Part shown: piece after piece, positions 12,802 through 23,636 of the stretch
Layout of the letters: each line of letters starts with the position of its first letter
Position numbering within the stretch: position 1 is the stretch's first letter
NCBI GenBank assembly: GCA_051313645.2
Contig: JBNRSN020000147.1
Location: 1,178,001 to 1,242,000, forward strand
Direction of reading: 5' to 3'
DNA: 64,000 nucleotides
DNA from: Centroscyllium fabricii
Taxonomy: Eukaryota
Program-made: the position numbers and the translations under genes
Notes under the pieces: model-generated
The model's database searches: none
Told to the model about the DNA's origin: nothing
What the model saw: only the letters and a program-made list of their open reading frames with translations

Positions 12802-15526
12802 GCTGCCTTAGTAGCGCGATTCAGCGACGGTACGGGGGTAATCGACAAGCGCCCCCATCCCCCACCCCGATGCAACGGCGACCGGCCAAGCGCGACCCCC
12901 CAACGCGGCCGGCTGCGTGCGAACCACGGGCACCGCCAACCCGATCACCGCGGTTCGCTGCGTGCGAATCACGGGCACCGCCAACCCGACCACCGCGGTT
13001 CGCTGCGTGCGAATCACGGGCACCGCCAGCGCGTTCACCGCGGTTCGCTGCGTGCGAATCACGGGCGCCGCCAGCGCGTTCACAGGGCCCCTCAGTAACG
13101 GCATTCCACAACCAGGGCCCCTCCATGTGCGAGCCAGGGACGGCGCCATCTTTTGTACGGGGCCCCATCAGCTGCGGGCCAGGGGCAACGCCATCTTGTT
13201 TCCAGGGCCCCTCCATGTGCGAGCCAGGGACGGCGCCATCTTTTATACGGGGTCCCACCAGCTGCGGGCCAGGGGAGACGCCATCTTGCATCCAGGGCCC
13301 CTCCATGTGCGAGCCAGGGGCGGCTCCATCTTGTATCCAGGGCCACTCCATGTGCGAGCCAGGGGCGGCGCCATTTTGTGCACAGTCCCTATCAGCAGGG
13401 GCTGCTGCAGCCAGAACCAGAGTTAGTCAAGGCAGGCCCCATCACCTGTCTAACTCAATAAGACCGATTGGCGTTAATAATCATACTGTCGACTGCCTTT
13501 TCGACACAGGCAGCACTGAGAGTTTTATTCACCCCGATACAGTGCGGTGCTGCGGACTGCAGGCCCTGCCCACCAACTACCAAATCTCACTAGCTTCACA
13601 GTCCCACACCGCGGACGTCACCGGCTACTGCTCCGTCACGCTCACCGTCCAGGGGCGCGTGTACCGTAATTTTAAATTGTATACCCTCCAACAGTTGTGT
13701 GCCCCAGCCTTACTAGGTTTGGATTTCCAGTGCCACTTCAGGAGTGTGACAATGGAGTTCGGCGGGACCTTACCCCCCCTCACCAGCCGGGACAATCTCC
13801 CCCCAAAGCGGAACCCGGCCTGCGGCCTCTCCACCCTGAAAATCGACCCCCCCTCGCTGTTCGCCAACCTCGATCCAAAGTGCAAACCTATTGCCACTAT
13901 GAGTCGGCGGTACAGTGAGGGGGATCGCACGTTTATCAGGTCGGAGGTCGGGCGGATGCTGAAGGAGGGGATTATTGAAGCCAGCACCAGCCCCTGGCGC
14001 GCCCAAGTTGTAGTGGTGAAGTCTGGGGAAAAACAGCGGCTGGTTATCGATTACAGCCAGACTATCAACCGCTACACCGGGCTCGACGCCTACCCCCTTC
14101 CCCGCATCTCGGAAATGGTCAATCAGATCGCCCAGTACAAGGTTTTCTCTACGATCGACCTTAAATCGGCGTATCACCAGCTCCCGATTCGGAAAGCCGA
14201 CCGCCCCTACACCGCCTTCGAGGCGAACGGTCGGCTCTACCACTTCCTCCGGGTCCCCTTTGGCGTGACCAACGGAGTGTCAGTGTTCCAACGGGAGATG
14301 GACCGTATGGTCGACCAAAATGACTTGCAGGCCACCTTCCCTTACCTGGACAACGTGACCATCTGCGGCCACGACCAGCAGGACCACGATGCCAACCTGG
14401 CCAAATTTCTCGCCACGGCGGCTAAGCTAGACCTAACGTATAACAAAGACAAATGTGTCTTTAATACAGCCCGGCTCGCCATCCTCAGATATGTGGTGGA
14501 GAACGGGGTCCTCGGCCCTGACCCACAGCGTATGCGACCCTTGCAGGAACTGCCCCTACCTCACAACCCCAAAGCCTTGAGGAGATGTCTAGGATTTTTC
14601 TCCTATTATGCACAATGGGTCCCACAGTTCACAGATAAGGCTAGACCACTCCTCAAGGCTGCCGTCTTCCCCCTTTCTGTGGAAGCCCAAACGGCATTCG
14701 CAAGGATAAAGGAAGATATTATCAAGGCGACCATGCTCGCTGTTGATGAATCCATCCCTTTCCAGGTGGAGAGCGACGCTTCGGACTTTGCCCTTGCTGC
14801 CACCCTGAATCAGGCAGGCAGGCCCGTAGCGTTTTTCTCCCGCACCTTACAGGGACCCGAAACTCGCCACTCAGCAGTGGAAAAGGAGGCCCAGGCCATC
14901 GTGGAGGCCGTGCGCTACTGGCGTCATTACCTGGCCGGTAAGCGTTTTATGTTTAACAATAAACTACGGGGTAAAATCAAGAATGATAAGATCCTGCGGT
15001 GGCGGATCGAACTCTCGACTTACGAGTACGACATTCTTTACCGATCAGGCAAACTCAACGAACCCCCGGATGCACTGTCCAGGGGAACGTGCGCCAGTGC
15101 CCAGCTAGACCGGCTGAAGGACCTCCACAACCGCCTTTGCCACCCGGGTGTCACCAGACTCGCCCATTTCGTCAAATCCCGTAGCCTCCCCTACTCCATC
15201 ACAGAGATCAAGGCTATAACCCGAGAGTGCCCTGTCTGCGCCGAGTGCAAACCCCACTTTTTCCGGCCAGACACGACGCACCTCATCAAGGCCACCCGCC
15301 CTTTTGAACGTCTCAGCGTGGACTTCAAAGGCCCCCTCCCTTCCACCGACCGCAACTCATACTTCCTCACGGTAGTAGATGAGTTCTCCCGCTTCCCCTT
15401 CGCCTTCCCATGTCCAGGCATGATGAGCGCAACGGTGATCAAACACTTCACCACGCTGTTCGCCATTTTCGGTCTCCCCAGCTACATCCATAGCGACCGG
15501 GGGTCATCGTTCATGAGCGATGAACT
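12663..15526 (+). pseudogene. Gypsy-B pol, N-terminal part (repeat linker, PR, RT, RNase H, IN to the second catalytic Asp)
   Basis: LFDTGS, YLDN, ESDASD, HHCC, SVDFKG, HSDRG. The LLTDQRSV segment of RNase H is deleted relative to the sister families. Confidence 0.92.
12905..13380 (+). repeat. Two arrays of 45-nt coding tandem repeats in the gag-protease linker
   Basis: (AACESRAPPTRSPRF) x about 4 and (SMCEPGTAPSFVRGP) x about 6. Confidence 0.9.
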
Positions 15527-15932
15527 ACATAGAAACATAGAAGATAGGAGCAGGAGTAGGCCTTTCGGCCCTTCGAGCCTGCTCCGCCATGCAATGAGAT
15601 CATGGCTGATCATCCAAACCCAGAACCCTGCCCCTGCCCTCTCCCCATATCCCTCGATCCCTATCGAGCCTGCACCGACACATAGCCCACCCTATCCCCA
15701 TAACCCCACATATTCAATCCCCCTAACACTAAGGGTCAATTTATCCTGGCTAATCAACCTAACCCGCACATCTTTGGACAGTGGGAGGAAACCGGAGCAC
15801 CCAGAGGAAACCCACGCAGACACGAGGAGAATGTGCAAACTCCACACAGATAGTACCCGAGGCTGGATTTGAACCCGGGTCTCCAGAGCTGTGAGGCAAC
15901 AATGCTAACCACTATGCGACCGTGCCGCCCCC
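15527..15932 (-). mobile_element. HE1-like V-SINE (tRNA head, V domain, CR1-type tail)
   Basis: A and B boxes (ggttcaaatcc), V-domain gtgtggagtttgcacattctcc, ctatgttt tail; homologous to 51958-52362. Confidence 0.9.
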
Positions 15933-16348
15933 GTTCCTTCATCTAAGCCATTGTTACACCACCAACAATGACAGCAGGGTGCAATTACAATGCGACAAGT
16001 TTACATTGGCAGCTTCTACTAGAAATGCAGACATAGAAATTTATAATTGAAAACAATTGACACAAAAGTGTGGCAAAAACATGACAATGGAAAGTAACGT
16101 TTTGCAGACATCAAGTGCATTCAGATTCAAGATTTTTAACATATTACAGAGTTAATGGTGCTGTAATGCAGATTATTACTTCAAAGTAGTTCAATTAAGT
16201 AGAACCAGAGGAACTGAATAGAAACTAGTGAAAAAGTAAATTTATAACAGCTATCAGCTATTTCTAATTTACTCAAAAGTGTAATAACATACCATAATAG
16301 GCAAAACACTCAGGCTATCTAAAACACAATTAGATCCCATTACAGGTA

Positions 16349-17215
16349 CAGGTTGAGCACCGTTAATCCGGTAACCGAATAGCCGGCAGCTTCAGTCTGC
16401 CGGCACAAATTGCCCCGACTGCACTGCGCATGCGCAAAATGGCAGCCGCCATCGTGGCTTCAACGAATGATCTGCGCATGCGTCGCCGGAAGGTTAGCGC
16501 ATGCGCAGATAATTCAATACGGCCGCCGGTTATTTTATCGATAACTGTAATTGAAGCCATGATGTGGAGGTGCTGGTGTTGGACTGGGATGGACAATTGT
16601 AAGAAGCCACACAGCACCAGGCTGTAGTCCAAAAGTCCCACTCGAAATCACGGGCCTTCGGAGCGCCGCTCCCCCATCACCTGACGGGGAAGCGGCGCTC
16701 CGAAAGCCCGTGACCCCAACTAAAACCGTTGGACCACAGCCTGGCGCCGTGTGACCTCTTACAATTGAAAGCAAAACGGGATTGGATAAATTGCCCCCCC
16801 GCCGACCCGCGCCACCCTCCTTCCCCCCCTACCCCCCCGACCCGACCCGCGCCTTCCTCCTCCCCCCCCCGACCCGCGCCACCCTCCTTCCCCCCCCCGA
16901 CCCGCGCCACCCTCCTTCCCCCCCGACCCGCGTCACCCTCCTGCCTCCCCCCGCAAGACCAGCCTTTCACTGCTGCCCGACAGCCCTAAAACCTAAACGG
17001 AACGCCACAAAAGCCTGAGCCCATCAAAAAACTTCGCGGCGGCCAATATTGGACGATCTGCGCATGCGCGCGCCAGCCAATACCAATGTTGCGCGCATGC
17101 GCGCTGCCATTTTACCTGGTGCGCATGCGCAGTGTCCAAACTCGTTCTCCCGGTTTTTTCCATTTCCCGGCACGGGCCTGGTCCCGCCCGTGCCGGATTA
17201 ACGGTGCTCAACCTG
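16349..17215. mobile_element. Tc1/pogo (Tigger-like) MITE
   Basis: 23-bp perfect TIR caggttgagcaccgttaatccgg, TA TSD, C-rich internal repeats at 16795-16955. Confidence 0.9.
16560..16766. repeat. Inverted pair of Penelope-like element 3' ends, hypermutated; hammerhead core destroyed
   Basis: Homologous to 22330-22537 and 22795-22920; core changed to ctgacgg...gaaagccc. Confidence 0.85.
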
Positions 17216-17552
17216 TATTATGGAACAGCTACTATGCTTGCAGAGAGCTTCAACTGGATGAATGGTGGTCTCTCATCTCTGACAATTTATGTATAGCTGT
17301 CAGAATGAATGTTTTGTTACAGCAACATTCTATTTAATAATAAGTTGACCGATGAATGTCAAAGTTGACTAATAAAAGGCCTAATTTTATGACCAGCAAT
17401 GTAAAATTATATGAATAATTAATGACTATCTTTTGCACAGTAGCATCCCTATGCTTTTACTTCATATATATTTGGCACTGTTCTGTACAATATGCTTAAC
17501 TCTGTTATAAACCATTTGTCAGAATACATTTCAGGTGGAGAATTTATTGTGA

Positions 17553-17930
17553 TGTTGTGGCGGATCGCCACGGACTTACTGGCGAATCCACCGGACTCAT
17601 GGACCATGAAGGCACTGGCCCCGAGGCGCGCTATCCTCGCGAGGCCAGTGCCGACGCAAAGACGCCCCGCGCATGCGCCCAACGCGCCCTGAAGGCACCG
17701 GCCCCGAGGTGCGCTTCTCTCGCGAGGCCAGTGCCGACGCAAGGACGCCCCGCGCATGCGCACAACGCGCACTAGCGCGCAGACGTCATTCAGGGTAATT
17801 CTTAATGACGTTGCAACCGCTTTTTATTCAAACAAAAGGGCTCGAGAGCTCTCTCTCTGTTTTAACGTTTTTAATAAAGAAGGTTGTTTAAAGTTACCTG
17901 TCTCAGGAAGTCCTTCGCCCGCCAACAAAC
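17553..17930. repeat. GC-rich repeat/MITE-like insert with two tandem units of about 82 nt, each hairpin-forming
   Basis: gaaggcac(t/c)ggccccgagg...gaggccagtgccgacgc duplicated at 17608-17772; ends uncertain. Confidence 0.5.
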
Positions 17931-18200
17931 TCCACAATGTTTTATTTATTTTAGTATTATCAAATTGGAAAGAGAATCAACCCAATTTGTCCTATTTTTT
18001 CTTTGGATAAGGTAACCAATTAAAAAAAAATCTAATACATGCATATGAAAATTATAAATCTGCTTTGACAATAGTCTGGAACACACGTGTCATACTTCAT
18101 CTCAAATTTCAAACATGACTGAATAACTTACTGATATTCATTTAAAGCTATACATCCTTTCAATTTAAAAAGATGGCTATCATTTCTTTTTTGTTTGTAA

Positions 18201-20059
18201 GGGGCCCTTCACAATTGTCAACATTTTCACGAGCGTACAAACCGTACGCTGGGGGGGGAGGGGGTCCGACTTGTCCGTACGCTTTTTTTTGCGTTTAAAT
18301 GTCGATTTTTTTTTTGATTTTTTTTTTTTTTGGTTGCGGTTCCGGTTCTAGCAGGACGGCCGCCATCGGGCGGCTGTACCTCGACTCCTCTTCGTGGAGT
18401 CAATCCGTTCTGGTCGACCGCCATTTGACGTCGGCAGAGCCGGTGAGATGCGGGGCACAGTTCAGCCCCAGGACGCCGCATCAGTTCGGCCTCGGTCCAG
18501 AGTTCGGACCTCCGGGGTGTCGGGACGGGCTTGGCTTGGCGTTCCGGGGAGCCTGCGTCGAGCGCTGGAGCTCCGGGGAGCCTGCGTTGAGCGCTGGAGT
18601 TCGGAGCTCAGGGGAGCTGGGATGGGGCACTCGGAGAGGGCTAGGCTTCAGGCCTCAGGACGCTGTGCCCAGAGTTCGGAGCTCCGTGGATTCGGGGAGT
18701 CGGGCTGAGAGTGGCCACGGAAGGAACAGTGGCAGAGCGAATTGACTGGGCGAGAGAGGACAATTTTACCAACGGTTGAGTGGCCAGAGCAGGAACGGGA
18801 TCCACGATGATGGCGCCGAAGGATGGCTGACGTCTTGCGGGCTCGTTCGCGCCGGGCAGCTTAATTGTTGCGCGGTTGTTGTTGTTGTTGCACGGTGTGT
18901 CGGGTAGCAGTAAGCATTTCGTTGTATGGTGTTTGTTCGCTGTACAATGACAAATAAAATTGAACTTGATTGAAATTCCGCCGGTTTGAGAAGTGAAAAA
19001 AACAGGTTTAAAGGTAATTTAAAAAAAATTCCTTTGGAGATATTTGTTTGTGGTCTTACAGGTTGTAAATGTGAAGGTTTTTATATATTTTGGTGATAGT
19101 GAAAAAAATCGGCAATTTGAACGCGATGTCGAGAGCTGCGAGAGCTCTGAGAGCTGGAGAGATCGCGTTCAAATCCCCGATTTTTTTCACTATCACCAAA
19201 ATATATAGGGAGGAAAAAGGAGGAAGACATAAAGCAGGAATTTAAGGAACTAGGAAGGAAACTGAGAGACAAAACGAATAATGCCACGATTTCTGGGATC
19301 CTACCAGTGCCACGGGATAGGGAGTGGAAAAACAAAAAAAGAATGAGAATAAACGCGTGGCTACAGGATTGGTGCAGAAGGGAGGGCATGAGTTTCGTGG
19401 ACAATTGGGGATCGTTCTGGGGAAGGTGGGATCTGTATGACCGGGACGGCTTGCACCTGAACCGAAGGGGCATCAACATTCTGGGTGGGAAACTCGCCCA
19501 TAGAGCTTTACAGCACAGAAAGAGACCCTTCGGCCCATCATGTCCGCGCCGGCCATCAAGCCCTTTCTATTCTAATCCCATTTTCCAGCACTTGGTCCGT
19601 AGCCTTGTATGCTATGACATCTCAAGTGCTCATCCAAATGCGGTCGGGCTGCGCCTTGGGCCTTGCTGCCGCGTTTGAGGTTTGTCCTCCCGGAGGAGCC
19701 GGGGCCAGGGCCGGGGATGGGGATTGCTGTGCGGCTGGTCAGTCAGTGTGTTTACTGTCATCTTGTGCTGATTTTTACAGATCTGAAGTTCCATCAACAC
19801 ACAAGGCCGCCAGCCCCCCGGCCCATGACCGCAGACAGTGACTCTGAGTAACGAGGATCTCCCTGATGAGTCTGCAGTCACTCTGGTTCCTTTCTAAACC
19901 TCCCTGTGCTAATTAAATTCAATGGATGATGTTGGAAAAAATCAACATTTTTGGTGTACACTTCGAAGGGGGGGGGGGGGGGGGGGGGGGGGGGAGGGGG
20001 TAGCAAAAAAGAGTACTCTTTGTACACTTGTGAAAATGTTGACAATTGTGAAGGGCCCC
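18201..20059. mobile_element. PIF/Harbinger non-autonomous element carrying LINE fragments
   Basis: 41-bp TIR ggggcccttcacaattgtcaacattttcac... (2 mismatches), TAA TSD on both sides. Confidence 0.92.
19200..19497 (+). pseudogene. CR1 ORF1 SGNH-esterase fragment inside the Harbinger element
   Basis: ISGILPVPR...INAWLQDWCRREG..FVDNW..FWGRWDLY.RDGLHLN. Confidence 0.85.
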
Positions 20060-20279
20060 TAACCCAATACCTATTACAAAACCAAAAAATGAATTAATTA
20101 AAAGGATATGTTTTGGTTCTTTCAAGAGCGATGTCTTCAGCCTCATTCTTTAGAAATTGAGTTAGACGCAATGATTAAAATGAACTCCAAAAACAGTTGT
20201 CAATCCCACTAACTGCAATGTCTTCAGTGGCTGCCAGATTGACAGAAACATCATCAGTTGCGCATCCTTGCTGCTCAGA

Positions 20280-21012
20280 GCGCCAGTTTCTGCTCCAGAG
20301 AGGGGTTGCCACGAGCAGAACGACCAGTTATAACCCCCGGGGGAACGGCCAGGTAGAAAGGGAGAATGGGATTATCTGGAAGGCGGTCACCCTGGCTCTG
20401 AAGTCCAGAGGCCTTCCAGTGTCCCATTGGCAGGCAGTCCTCCCAGATGCGCTGCACTCTATCAGATCACTGTTATGTACTGCTACTAACGCCACCCCGC
20501 ACGATCTTATTTTCTCGTTTAACAGGAGGTCGACTTCGGGGACGGCACTCCCTCCATGGCTGACGACGCCGGGGCCGGTTTTCCTTAAAAGGCACGTCCG
20601 GAGCCACAAGACGGACCCCCTGGTGGACAAGGTACAGCTCCTACACGCCAACCCGCACTATGCCTTTGTGCAGTTCCCAGATGGGCGTGAGGACACTGTG
20701 TCCATCAGGGACCTGGCCCCGGCCGGAAACACCACCACAGCGCCTCCTGCTGGCCAGCAGGTCGACCAACCACCTGACGCAAGATGGCCCCCGAGATTCC
20801 CCGACTACGTCCCGGACGCCGGGGCCCAGCCAAGCCCACCCCAAACGGAAGTCACAGCGCCGACAGATGCGGGCTATTCGACCAGGGAGGCATCACCACC
20901 AACACCGGAGCTCCGGCGGTCCGCCAGGCAGACACGACTGCCGGACAGACTAATTATGAACTGTTCGATCCATTCACCCCACCCCGGACTCAAAGTTTTT
21001 AAGAAGGGGTGA
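20280..21012 (+). pseudogene. Gypsy-B integrase C-terminal part
   Basis: RQFLL...YNPRGNGQVEREN...DTVSIRDLAP...LRRSARQTRLPDRL. Confidence 0.92.
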
Positions 21013-22131
21013 ATGTGGTAACCGTCTTACAGCTATATTACCACTGTATCACCATTGCTAATGATGGGCTGTGCAGATGTTAGGCACAGCCCTGTTTACT
21101 ATGACACTGCTGGGAACCAGGTCAGCCACACCCCCGACTCCTCTCCAGGTGAGGTCTGACCGAGGCTCCATCCATTCCTGTATAGTAGTTCGTAAGGAGA
21201 GTAGCTCCGTTCTTTAGTAATTAAAAGCCTTTCGTTTCGGTAACTACGCGTCGACTCTTTTAATTGAAGATCTTGACGATACGTCAGTACTTAAAAATGA
21301 AAAACCTGAGAAATGTTTTTAAATTGAATTAAATCACCACTTACCTGCTGAAAAGAAGTCTTTGCACTTGAAAATAGGAGCCGTATCTTTTTCTAATACT
21401 TACCTGGATAAAAAGCTGTGAAAAAAATTGCAAGTGCATTGCGCACCCGCTGCCGATCCCTGACCCCTTCTTTCAGGGGATCGGAAGTGCCCGTTTCGTG
21501 CGCATGCGCGGTGCATGCCGGAAACCGGAACTTGCGATGGGCCCACGCGTGAGTACCCCGTCCGTACTCACGTGTTGGGACCCTAATTAGTGGCCCAGTA
21601 ATTTGATTCGACTTAATGGCTTGCACTTCAGAGGGCGGTTAAGCACAAACCACGTTAAGTGTTGTACTGGGCTCGCTTCTGGAGCACATTGGGACAAGTT
21701 TCCTTCCCTAAAGGACATTAGTAAAGGTTTTTACCACAATCTTCATGGTCACTTTTGCAATACCAGCTTTTTATTACAATTTTAAAAACTGTTTTTATTA
21801 CTAAAGAATAATCTAAATTTAATGTTTTTTGAAACGAAAACTAAACAAACGCAAACTGGGTGGGGCTGGACTCATCGTCCAAAGTATAATTTTCTGAACT
21901 TAATTCCCCCCCGCCGCCCCCGCAAACTAGACATACCGTCAGCCTTTCACTGACAAGAACTGGCAATAAAACTCACACAAAAGGTTGCTTAAAATATACA
22001 ATTCCGGAGACTGACTCTGGAAGAAAAGCTTCTCGTTTGTTCAGAATCCATTTTGTCAGACCAAGTATTTTTTTAGAAACACAATTTCCACTGGAGAATT
22101 TGGAGAACTGAGCGCCGCGATATTTGTTTAC

Positions 22132-22234
22132 CTGCGGGACAGACGAGCCACACCGCGAGCAGAGCCCACACCCCTCCACGACCCCGAGCTGTCATTTGGA
22201 GATATTTCGATCCGAATATACCCAACGCAGCCAT
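22132..22234 (-). CDS. Putative first coding exon of a host secreted/membrane protein gene (signal peptide)
   Basis: aaaATGG start, MAALGIFGSKYLQMTARGRGGVWALLAVWLVCPA, phase-1 donor CAG|gtaaac, CpG-rich non-repeat context. Confidence 0.6.
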
Positions 22235-22320
22235 TTTGTAAAATGAAAAAAAAGCACAATTTTATTTTCAGTTTCGATCGTGTTGTTGATCACGTGGTTC
22301 CTCCACCGGAACTGCGGCAA
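22226..22320 (-). promoter_or_regulatory. Housekeeping-type promoter motifs
   Basis: YY1-like AAAATGGCTG over the ATG, E-box tCACGTGg at 22291-22296, ETS CCGGAA at 22306-22311. Confidence 0.5.
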
Positions 22321-22329
22321 CGTTTTAAT

Positions 22330-22537
22330 AATGCAAGACGTCACACAACACCAGATTATAGTCCAACGGTTTTATTTTAATCACAAGCTTTCGGAGCTTC
22401 TGCCCCGTCTCTTTCACCTGACGAAGGGGCAGAAGCTCCGAAAGCTTGTGATTTAAAATAAAACTGTTGGACTATAATCTGGTGTTGTGTGACTTCTTGC
22501 ATTTGTCCACCCCAGTCCAACACCGGCACCTCCACAT
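22330..22537. repeat. Inverted pair of Penelope-like element 3' ends (about 75-bp near-perfect hairpin)
   Basis: 22330-22406 is the reverse complement of 22426-22503. Confidence 0.9.
22414..22451 (+). ncRNA. Minimal type I hammerhead ribozyme motif (Penelope-associated)
   Basis: tcac-CTGACGA-a-ggggc/gctcc-GAAA-gct-t-gtga; palindromic AAGCTT in place of stem III. Confidence 0.7.
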
Positions 22538-22883
22538 TACGTTTTAATAAGTTATATTTGTCGCTAAGGTAGGGTCTGCAGCCAACCCACAACGGCAACC
22601 GTAACATATTCTTGATGGTGAATATATACACTGTTTTATATTCGATTCAACAAAGATGTTTCGGGGACGGCGACTGAACCAACGCCCTTATTCCTGGAGG
22701 AGAGCAAAATACTGCAGGTGCTGGAAATCCGAAATAACAACAGAAAATGCTGGAAAAACTCAGGAGGTCAGGCAACATCCGTGGAGAGAAATATATGATG
22801 TGGAGATGCCGGTGTAGGACTGGGGTGGACAAATGCAAGAAGTCACACAACACCAGCTTATAGTCCAACAGTTTTATTTAAAA

Positions 22884-22920
22884 TCACAAGCTTTCGGAGT
22901 GCTGCTCCTTCATCAGGTGA
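22884..22920 (-). ncRNA. Minimal hammerhead ribozyme motif in the pLTR
   Basis: tcac-CTGATGA-aggagcagcactcc-GAAAgcttgtga; one stem II mismatch. Confidence 0.6.
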
Positions 22921-23347
22921 AGTGAAGAGATACACATAGGCACAGCATATATAGTCAGAAAACAATGCTAGATGATTACAGGTAATTTTTCTAACTGCCC
23001 TTTATCACACCTCGGCAGAGAGATAATCACCACAATCAAAGGTGTAAATGGTGTCCAAACAGGTCAGTCAGCAAAACATTCCATCAAAGAACAATGAGGT
23101 GGGGTCACAGGAGGTCAAATGTTGCACATGCTGTATGAAAAACAAACAAAGCAATAAAAAAATTAATTAAATAAAAATGTTTTGCTGGAAATCACAGCAG
23201 GTCCAGCCGCATCTGTGTAGAGAGAACAAGCCAACGACGACTCGAGTCTGGATGAATCTACGTCAGGTGGGGTTACATGTAGCGTGACATGAAGCCAAGA
23301 TCCCAGTTGAGACCGTCCTCATGAGTGCTTGACGATTTTGCGTTGTG

Positions 23348-23636
23348 TGACGTATCGTCAATACCTTCGATTAAAAGAGTCGACGAGTAGTTACCGAAAC
23401 TAAAGGCTTTTAATTGCTAAGAATGGAGCTACCCTCCGGAACGAACTTCTGTACAGGAATGAGGAGCCTCGGTCAGATCTCACCTATAACGGGGCCTCAC
23501 CTGGGGGAGGAGTTAGAGGTGTGGCTGACCTGGCTCCCAACAGTGTCACAGTATACAGGGCTGTGCCTAACATCTGCACAGCCCATTATTAGCCATAACA
23601 ATACAGTGGTAATACCAACACAAAAGGATTACCACA
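23348..23636 (-). mobile_element. Solo LTR related to Gypsy-B
   Basis: TG..CA ends, terminates in tgacgatacgtca, TSD ttgtg/tcgtg; interrupts the GIY-YIG C-terminus. Confidence 0.9.

Larger units (their letters stand above)
11680..21286 (+). mobile_element. Gypsy-B: full-length Gypsy LTR retrotransposon with a 4.75-kb insert in integrase
   Basis: LTRs 11680-11970 and 21014-21286 (18-nt deletion in the 3' LTR), TSD GTACT. Integrase reads SFMSDEL|RQFLL across the insert. Confidence 0.96.
3385..21596. mobile_element. About 0.7-kb Harbinger-like MITE expanded to 18.2 kb by nested insertions
   Basis: Termini ggcccagaaatt / aattagtggccc flanked by 3-bp TSD AGT (3382-3384, 21597-21599). Pieces 3385-3481, 11371-11679 and 21287-21596 join into an inverted homologue of 57094-57767. 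Confidence 0.8.

Noticed and set aside
15527-15872. Novel C-terminal domain on the 1069-aa pol ORF
   Set aside because: Read-through into an antisense SINE; the true integrase resumes at 20280.
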